A stretch of 37,260 nt of DNA from a virus. The stretch lies in the IMG/VR virus record IMGVR_UViG_3300012949_000009, positions 1 to 37,260 of that record. One strand, written 5' to 3'. The notes beneath the pieces were generated by a model that worked only from the letters and a program-made list of their open reading frames with translations, had not been told where the DNA came from and made no database searches. Positions 31,369 to 37,260 of this stretch are shown one piece after another (the stretch's first letter is position 1; each line of letters begins with the position of its first letter). A program made the position numbers and the translations under genes.

Positions 31369-32503
31369 CTTTCAAGATGTCCATATAATTTTTGGTAATA
31401 TAACGCCTATTAGCCCAGTCTTCTTCTTTTCTTGGTTCTTCTAATAAATCCATAAGATCATTGTGTGAATAACCAATTCTAGTTAAAACATCGAGACTAC
31501 CAGCGTTTTCAAATATATCAATTTGCTTAATTCTATTTGTATCAATTTTTAAATAAGAACCTTTGATATATTCTTCCTTACCAAAAATCTTACGATTGAA
31601 TTCTCTCTCAATTAGTTTAGCTATCGGTTTTACAACGAAACTTAAAAAATCATTGCGTTGCTCTTTTACATCTACAACATTACCTCTGAAAAATCCTTCT
31701 GGAAGTCCAAAAGCAGTTGCAATATAATTTAAAGCACCATCAATTCCTTTATTTATTTCATCAACCGATATTTCAATTTGATTTCCCTCTAATTGAGTGA
31801 ATTCAAAACCTTCTTGTAATGGTAAAACTGAATTAACTTCAGTGAAATAAGACTTAAATAAATTCGAAATATATTCTTGCATTCTTGCTTGATTAAAACT
31901 ACCATTTTCATCCTTGAAGTTTTGTGAAAACATAGAACTAATTTTTAATTTTCCTTTAATTCCATTTTTTCGTTTATAATCAATAATTCCTTTTGCAATT
32001 AATTTCCCATATGATTCATATAAACCATCAACGAAAACTTTCATGTTTTCATTATTAAGTTTTAAATAAATAACATCTTGTGCAGAATATCTTTTTTTCA
32101 TTGTTAAGTTGTCAATTGTTACATTATAAAAGACACTATTTTTAAGTGTCTTTTGTTCTATATCAAAATTGTCTGCTATAAAGAATTGATTATTTTCTTG
32201 AATTATTAGACATTCATTATCCTTAATTAATTTTGATATCATTTTATGTCTAAATTCACTTGCATTTTGATTTATATTTGGTTCTATATTAAATAAATAA
32301 TAATTATCTTTTTTAATCGGTTTATTTTCTTTAAAAGTTTTAAATTCACAATTACATAATGCATTAGCAATTAGATTAATAACTTTATTTAAAGCTATTT
32401 CCTTATAAGCAATTTCTGAAGCAATATCGCTGAAACTGCAATTATCTAAAGTGAATTTGTCTTTTTTTGCAAAATTCCATTTAAACCAATCTATTGCTTT
32501 CAT
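31346..32503 (-). CDS. Portal protein, HK97 family
   Basis: 385 aa between terL and the protease. Confidence 0.8.
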   Translation of the reverse strand: MKAIDWFKWNFAKKDKFTLDNCSFSDIASEIAYKEIALNKVINLIANALCNCEFKTFKENKPIKKDNYYLFNIEPNINQNASEFRHKMISKLIKDNECLIIQENNQFFIADNFDIEQKTLKNSVFYNVTIDNLTMKKRYSAQDVIYLKLNNENMKVFVDGLYESYGKLIAKGIIDYKRKNGIKGKLKISSMFSQNFKDENGSFNQARMQEYISNLFKSYFTEVNSVLPLQEGFEFTQLEGNQIEISVDEINKGIDGALNYIATAFGLPEGFFRGNVVDVKEQRNDFLSFVVKPIAKLIEREFNRKIFGKEEYIKGSYLKIDTNRIKQIDIFENAGSLDVLTRIGYSHNDLMDLLEEPRKEEDWANRRYITKNYMDILKGGDEGNG

Positions 32504-32515
32504 TTTTCCTCCAAT

Positions 32516-34219
32516 CTATCCACTTATTGCCTCTGTGAAAAATATCACATTTTCTGTATCGTTAGGCAATTCATCATCTATACTCATAACATGGACTAAC
32601 GCCATAAAACCATCATTTTTTCTTGTTTGATATTCTATTTTTTCATATGTTTTATTACCTTTACCATCTACCTTTACAGCTGTATTATTTGTGTACCAAC
32701 GCATCATCATATCGTCACCATAAACCAAATTATGATTGGCAAAGGCATCATCTATTAAAGGGAATACTTTATTATGAGTAACAGCCCCATTTCTTACTAA
32801 AATTAATTTTCCATCTGGATGGTCTTTATCTCTCGGATAAAAACCGTACTTTTCAAATTCCTCTTTTAATAAATTATATCTAAATGTATCCATAGCAATT
32901 TTTAATATATTATATTTTTTACTCATCTCAACGAACCAATTAACAACAATTTCTGGACTTATAGTTTTAGAATTAACCATTGTTGCTAATCCTTTTTTAA
33001 TTGCTAAATTAATATCAAATTTTATTAATTTTAAATGTGGACTTGAACTACAAATAAACGAATGATGAATCCAATATTTCTTTTTATTTTTTTTGAAATA
33101 TAGCCCCACTGCACAAAAATCTTGCACATCTGCATAATCTAATCCACCTAAACAATTCATACCACTTAAATCTGGTATTTCTTGATTAGTTGCTAATATA
33201 TTCTCCCATGAAGTAACACAAGTCGTTTCTTCTCTTGACGGGATATTCATTCGTTTAGTTAAAAATTCAAATCTTTTTTGTGGTCTTTCTTTCATTTCCA
33301 AATATTGATTTTTAATAACTGTTCTTAAATTCTCCATATATTCAATACTAGGATTTGCTTTAACCCACATCTCTTCATTATCAATTTCATCTTCACTATC
33401 TAATTCACATAAAAAAGGGAAGTAACCTAAATCATTACTTTCCCCATTTAAAACTAAATCACAATAACTTAATTCATCATCAAGAGGTCCGCCTCTAACA
33501 TTCCCTTGAGTAGTAATGATAAATATTCTAAAGTGCGGTATTTTACCTCCAGCACTTTCAAATACTGATATTTGATCGTAATTTTCGTATGCGTGGTATT
33601 CATTAAATACAATTGCACCAATTTTTTTACCATCTTTTGTTTTTGCGTTTGATGTGTTATATTTTAATCTCGACCTAGTGCTTAAATTCATTATTTGTTC
33701 TAAACTTATATAAAACAATTTTTTAAATCTATTTAAGTCATTTTGCATCATATCGTAAACTACCAAAAAAGTATCTTTCGATTGGTCCTCACTTGTAGCG
33801 ACTATATCAATATTATAATTTGGAATACCATACATAGGCGTTTGAAGAAAATTTATTAATGGTGCTATAAATCCATCCTTACCATTACCTCTGCCCATTT
33901 CAATAATGAATTTAAAGAATAAAGGTATATTTTTTTCAAATGGCACATCTTTATATTTAAACATAAATGCAAATGCATAAATAAATTTTTGATAAGGAAA
34001 TAATTGATAATAATTCCTTTCACAATAATTTATACATTTATAATATCTTTCTTCATCAAAAAAAATATCATCCCTTGCTAATGTAGGTTCAACGATATTT
34101 TTAATTAATAACCATCTTTTTTTATTTATTTTTTGCGGATTATCATAACACCACTTTAAGTATTCTTCTACTTCCTTAATAATAATCTTCTTCACTTGGT
34201 GCTGGTTCATTCTTACCAC
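32516..34219 (-). CDS. terL: Terminase large subunit
   Basis: 567 aa with a Walker A-like MGRGNGKDGF. It overlaps terS. Confidence 0.85.
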   Translation of the reverse strand: MVRMNQHQVKKIIIKEVEEYLKWCYDNPQKINKKRWLLIKNIVEPTLARDDIFFDEERYYKCINYCERNYYQLFPYQKFIYAFAFMFKYKDVPFEKNIPLFFKFIIEMGRGNGKDGFIAPLINFLQTPMYGIPNYNIDIVATSEDQSKDTFLVVYDMMQNDLNRFKKLFYISLEQIMNLSTRSRLKYNTSNAKTKDGKKIGAIVFNEYHAYENYDQISVFESAGGKIPHFRIFIITTQGNVRGGPLDDELSYCDLVLNGESNDLGYFPFLCELDSEDEIDNEEMWVKANPSIEYMENLRTVIKNQYLEMKERPQKRFEFLTKRMNIPSREETTCVTSWENILATNQEIPDLSGMNCLGGLDYADVQDFCAVGLYFKKNKKKYWIHHSFICSSSPHLKLIKFDINLAIKKGLATMVNSKTISPEIVVNWFVEMSKKYNILKIAMDTFRYNLLKEEFEKYGFYPRDKDHPDGKLILVRNGAVTHNKVFPLIDDAFANHNLVYGDDMMMRWYTNNTAVKVDGKGNKTYEKIEYQTRKNDGFMALVHVMSIDDELPNDTENVIFFTEAISG

Positions 34220-34532
34220 TTTCCTTTGATGGTTTTAAATTTAATTCAGATAATATCTTTAACATTTGAGCATTTACTTTAACTAATTCAGCAATACTAT
34301 CATTTTTTTTATGTCCCCATTGGTCTTTGCCATTTTGGTATTTTACAGTTACCCCACGTTTTTTAATATCTTCCTGCAATAAATTTTTTGTAACCCAAAA
34401 ATTCATATAATCTTCTATCATATCTTCGTATTGCTTACCTACTGTCCCATTATTTTCTAATTGATCAAGTAAATCTTGCCTAATTTTAAAATAAAGCTCA
34501 TCATTATACATATTTTTTTTAGTTTTTGGCAT
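34176..34532 (-). CDS. terS: Terminase small subunit, P27 family. The start is taken at MPKTKK.
   Basis: RBS GGTGGTGA precedes the ATG at 34532. The pattern QYEDMIEDYMNFWVTKNLLQEDIKKRG...NDSIAELVKVNAQMLKILSELNL fits the family. Confidence 0.7.
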   Translation of the reverse strand: MPKTKKNMYNDELYFKIRQDLLDQLENNGTVGKQYEDMIEDYMNFWVTKNLLQEDIKKRGVTVKYQNGKDQWGHKKNDSIAELVKVNAQMLKILSELNLKPSKESGKNEPAPSEEDYY

Positions 34533-34550
34533 TTTTTCACCACCCATCAC

Positions 34551-34636
34551 GTGAATTATTTTAAATTTATCTGTTTTTAGTACCCCGCCCCCGTTTCCTA
34601 CCCTCCTAAAATAAGGTCGAATTTTTTTAAGGGGGG
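34551..34636. other. Candidate cos / packaging-initiation region.
   Basis: CCCCGCCCCCG (34582-34592) and GGGGGG (30630-34635 corrected: 34630-34635) are isolated GC tracts in very AT-rich DNA, immediately upstream of terS and downstream of an HNH gene. Confidence 0.4.
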
Positions 34637-34933
34637 CTATCTCATTTTGCTTTGCATGATTATATCCATTACAAAGTCTATCAATTCTTTTGTATATCCT
34701 CTTCTATCATATAATAAATTGTAATTCATATTAACTTGTACTTCTTCTTTTGTTACTCCTCTACATGGATTACCACATAAAATACTTCTTATATCTGCAT
34801 AATAATTATATATTCTTTCTTTAATATCTTTTGTTAATTCTATTTCAAAATAGTTTTTATTTTCTTTATTTAATATTTCTTTTATATATTCTGTTGTGTA
34901 TTCTCCATATCTTGTTTTGAACATACCTACCAT
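34637..34933 (-). CDS. Hypothetical protein
   Basis: 98-aa ORF between the HNH gene and the cos candidate. Confidence 0.5.
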   Translation of the reverse strand: MVGMFKTRYGEYTTEYIKEILNKENKNYFEIELTKDIKERIYNYYADIRSILCGNPCRGVTKEEVQVNMNYNLLYDRRGYTKELIDFVMDIIMQSKMR

Positions 34934-35244
34934 CTCTCTTCGTTTATAAATTTTTCTTTCTTTGGTTTTATTCTTCCATCTAATAAATTATGATGATATA
35001 TGCATACTGTTATCAGATTATCATTGTTAAATGCTAATTCTGGATAATCTTTTAATTCCTTTATATGGTGAACATCTAATTTGCTTTGTTGTATTGTTGT
35101 TAGTTTACCTTCTTTTTTGCATTCTTGACATTCATAGTTATCCCTAATTAATATTTCTTTCTTTTTCTTTTGCCACATAGCAGATTTATAAAAATATATT
35201 ATCTTGTTTTCTTTTATTAATTGTTTTATTTTATTTAAGTCCAT
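34927..35244 (-). CDS. Terminase-associated HNH endonuclease
   Basis: CQECKKEG...VHHIKELKDYPELAFNNDNLITVCIYHHN. Confidence 0.8.
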   Translation of the reverse strand: MDLNKIKQLIKENKIIYFYKSAMWQKKKKEILIRDNYECQECKKEGKLTTIQQSKLDVHHIKELKDYPELAFNNDNLITVCIYHHNLLDGRIKPKKEKFINEERW

Positions 35245-35310
35245 TTTTATTTATTGTTGCTATATAGCATATTCCTAATACTATTATTGCTGTGATAATA
35301 ATTCCTTCCA

Positions 35311-35574
35311 TTATTTCACTCCTTTTTTAGTAGTTTTCTTTTTAGTTTCTTGTTGTTCTGTTTTTTCTTTAGATCCTTCTTTAGGTTTTTCTATTGGTTT
35401 TATTTCTTCAATTACTTTAACAAATGCTGTATTGTATGGATTTTTTTCTAATAAAATATCTAATCGTTCTTTATCCACTTCAAATTGTTCTCCAGGTTCT
35501 GGTATTCTCCCTAATTCTTTATCACGAACATTTTTTATTTTATAAATTTCTAACGCTTCTACTAAATATTTCAT
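35311..35574 (-). CDS. Hypothetical protein with a Lys/Glu-rich tail.
   Basis: 87-aa ORF with RBS AAAGGAGGA. Confidence 0.55.
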   Translation of the reverse strand: MKYLVEALEIYKIKNVRDKELGRIPEPGEQFEVDKERLDILLEKNPYNTAFVKVIEEIKPIEKPKEGSKEKTEQQETKKKTTKKGVK

Positions 35575-35684
35575 TTTATTCCTCCTTTTTCATATTAAAA
35601 TATTAATGATATATTTTTTTAGTTAATCTATGATATAATAAAATTACAGTATGTATTTTTTTGAAACGGAAGGGAGGTGAAAAT

Positions 35685-35912
35685 ATGGCTAATTATATGA
35701 CCTTAACAAGCGACAAAAGCAAAAAAACAGCTTTGCTATTATGTGTCTTTGGCGGAATGTTTGGTTTGCACCATTTTTATGTTGGTAGAATTGGAAAAGG
35801 ACTTTTGTATTTATTAACTTTCGGAGTGTTTACAATTGGTTGGTTAGCTGATATTATTAAAATTGCAATCGGTGTATTTAAAGATGGTGCTGGTGCTCCA
35901 TTAAGACAATAA
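35685..35912 (+). CDS. TM2-domain membrane protein. The start is taken at MANYMTL.
   Basis: ALLLCVFGGMFGLHHFYVGRIGKGLLYLLTFGVFTIGWLADII. RBS GGGAGGTGA precedes the ATG at 35685. There is an extended -10 TGATATAAT at 35631-39. Confidence 0.75.
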   Translation: MANYMTLTSDKSKKTALLLCVFGGMFGLHHFYVGRIGKGLLYLLTFGVFTIGWLADIIKIAIGVFKDGAGAPLRQ

Positions 35913-35940
35913 AAAGACTATTTTCTAGTCTTTTTTCTTT
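35912..35940 (+). terminator. Intrinsic terminator of the TM2 gene.
   Basis: AAGACTA (35914-35920) pairs with TAGTCTT (35926-35932), followed by a T-run. Confidence 0.65.
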
Positions 35941-36056
35941 GTTTTTTTACTATTACAAGTTTTCCATATTTTTCTTTTATCTCATTTTCTGTAAAAGTAT
36001 TTTTTATTGCTATATAATCTGCATGTGATACCCTAGTTATCATTTTTTTCTTCCTT

Positions 36057-36848
36057 TCATATTAATATCTTAACTTCTCGTTCTTGCCCATTTAATATCA
36101 ATTCTATTCTGCTTGTACTTACTGGTGTGAATCCAAATTGTTCTGCATAACCACCATATTTTAAAAATGAATTACTAATTGCATATAACATTTCTTTTTT
36201 ATTTAAGGCTTTATTTGAATAATCTGGTAAATATATTACCTTTTTTGTTCCTATTGGTTCATGTACATGGCTCATTAAATAAATGTCTGCAATACATACA
36301 TTACTCATTTCTATTGCTCTATTTATTTTTCCCCCTGTTTTTCTTCCACCACCGCTTCCGTGATAACCATATATTGTATAAACCATTGGAGCTTTTCTTC
36401 CCTGTGTTTTTTCACCAAAATATAAATACAAATAAAAAGAGCCACTAGTATATCTGTGACCTAATCCTAATTGTTTCATTACTAAATTCATTATATCTAC
36501 ACTAGTGTCTTTTTCAATTCTTCTTTCATGATTTCCACATGTCGCAACTAATATTTTATCTTTAATCGGCTCTAATAATTCCAATAACGCATCTATTTGC
36601 TCCATTGGTGTAAGTGTTTCTGAATATATATCACTAACACTATTTTTTAACGCTGTATTCATCAAATCTCCGTTTAAAATAGTGAATACATTATCATTAT
36701 TTTTTATATATTCAATCGTTTGTTTTAATAATTTATGATCTAATAATTCATCTCCTATATGGATATCAGCTAATGGTACTATTCTTATTTCCTTCATTTT
36801 TTCATATTTTTTATCTATTTCATTTAAGTTTATATAAAATACTTTCAT
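36057..36848 (-). CDS. Calcineurin-like metallophosphoesterase
   Basis: Motifs LADIHIGDE, LNGDLMN, CGNHER, GYHGSGGG and SHVHE. Confidence 0.8.
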   Translation of the reverse strand: MKVFYINLNEIDKKYEKMKEIRIVPLADIHIGDELLDHKLLKQTIEYIKNNDNVFTILNGDLMNTALKNSVSDIYSETLTPMEQIDALLELLEPIKDKILVATCGNHERRIEKDTSVDIMNLVMKQLGLGHRYTSGSFYLYLYFGEKTQGRKAPMVYTIYGYHGSGGGRKTGGKINRAIEMSNVCIADIYLMSHVHEPIGTKKVIYLPDYSNKALNKKEMLYAISNSFLKYGGYAEQFGFTPVSTSRIELILNGQEREVKILI

Positions 36849-36898
36849 TTAATCACCTATTTTTTTACAAATAAACTGAAAATAACTAAATTATCAGT

Positions 36899-37260
36899 TT
36901 ATATGTCAAGTAATAATTTCTTCACATTAAAACCATTGTTTACTCTTTTTTTAATAACCTCTATTTCTATACCCTTTTCTTTAAAATAATCAAGCGGTAT
37001 TGATTTTCTATCACTCGCTCTAATAAAATCTGTTATATCGTTTATATGCATAAAAAAAGCACGATCTAATGTGCTAAACTCTATAATTATTCCTGCTACT
37101 ATATTTTTAAAATATGTTGTTAATAATAATTCTTCTAATCTTTTATCTTTATTGTTTCGTTTTAAATTGCTAAATGGTATAGATTTACCTTTAATGCTTT
37201 TTAATTCTAATAAGTATAATCTATTGCCATCAAATAGCATACAATCACAAATATTAGATG
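36899..37260 (-). CDS. recU: RecU-like Holliday junction resolvase, 3' part. The upstream part continues at 244..124 after circularisation.
   Basis: NICDCMLFDGNRLYLLELKSIKGKSIPFSNL fits a D...ExK core. The ORF runs off the window end and resumes in frame at the other end. Confidence 0.65.
   Translation of the reverse strand, partial: SNICDCMLFDGNRLYLLELKSIKGKSIPFSNLKRNNKDKRLEELLLTTYFKNIVAGIIIEFSTLDRAFFMHINDITDFIRASDRKSIPLDYFKEKGIEIEVIKKRVNNGFNVKKLLLDI

Noticed and set aside
4171-36448. Plus-strand or alternative-frame ORFs from the six-frame track that lie inside longer minus-strand genes. Examples are 4171-4440, 4532-4732, 4878-5060, 5476-5691, 6211-6489, 7391-7585, 8334-8666, 16201-16461, 17622-17813, 17851-18057, 18138-18470, 18800-19006, 21401-21634, 21773-22000, 25644-25829, 26614-26802, 35424-35606 and 36179-36448. 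The minus-strand ORFs 14108-14296, 14528-14749 and 14966-15253, which lie inside plus-strand genes, are in the same class.
   Set aside because: They are shadow ORFs antisense to, or out of frame with, well-supported genes. They have low-complexity Phe/Leu/Ile-rich translations and no RBS, and they break the operon logic.
36849-36898. The inverted repeat AAACTGA...TCAGTTT between the recU-like gene and the phosphoesterase gene, as a possible terminator.
   Set aside because: It has a 14-nt loop and an AT-only stem, and no T-run follows on the coding strand. It is not convincing.

Overview
The window is one complete, circularly permuted genome of about 37.1 kb from a temperate siphovirus-like phage of a low-GC host. 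Ribosome-binding sites are strong AGGAGG types, as in Firmicutes. Bases 1-123 are identical to 37138-37260, so the true unit is 37137 bp, and a RecU-like resolvase gene wraps across the window ends.

Almost all genes are on the minus strand.
- **Late operon, about 35574 down to 17509:** HNH endonuclease, a GC-rich candidate cos site, terS and terL, an HK97-type portal, a ClpP-like protease and the capsid. These are followed by neck proteins, the major tail protein, G/GT chaperones with an A_AAA_AAC -1 slippery site, the tape measure, Dit, Tal, a DUF859-like tip protein, holin and a CHAP-LysM endolysin.
- **Early operon, 12180 down to 2266:** Cro, an HTH_39 protein and a replication initiator with internal iterons. 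Then come a G39P-like helicase loader, a Rad52-like annealing protein, a PD-(D/E)XK nuclease, SSB, NinB, a stand-alone LexA DNA-binding domain and a sigma-region-4-like regulator.
- **Plus-strand lysogeny block, 12353-14835:** XRE repressor, ImmA-like metallopeptidase, lipoprotein and a large serine integrase. A 50-bp inverted-repeat attP candidate follows directly.

The most interesting unexplained items are these:
1. A roughly 370-nt island of about 50% GC at 1893-2270. It has no ORF, has nested and mutually exclusive helices, and looks like a structured ncRNA.
2. A Panacea/DUF4065 (PanA-type) antitoxin gene that overlaps an uncharacterised 142-aa partner. It sits between the lysis genes and attP.
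3. A convergent three-gene cassette at 759-1837, driven by a perfect consensus promoter with a 20-bp palindrome upstream.

Four ORFs in the early operon are interrupted by single-base frameshifts, three of them at A-runs. These may be sequencing artefacts rather than biology. All functional calls come from reading motifs by eye; no database search was run.
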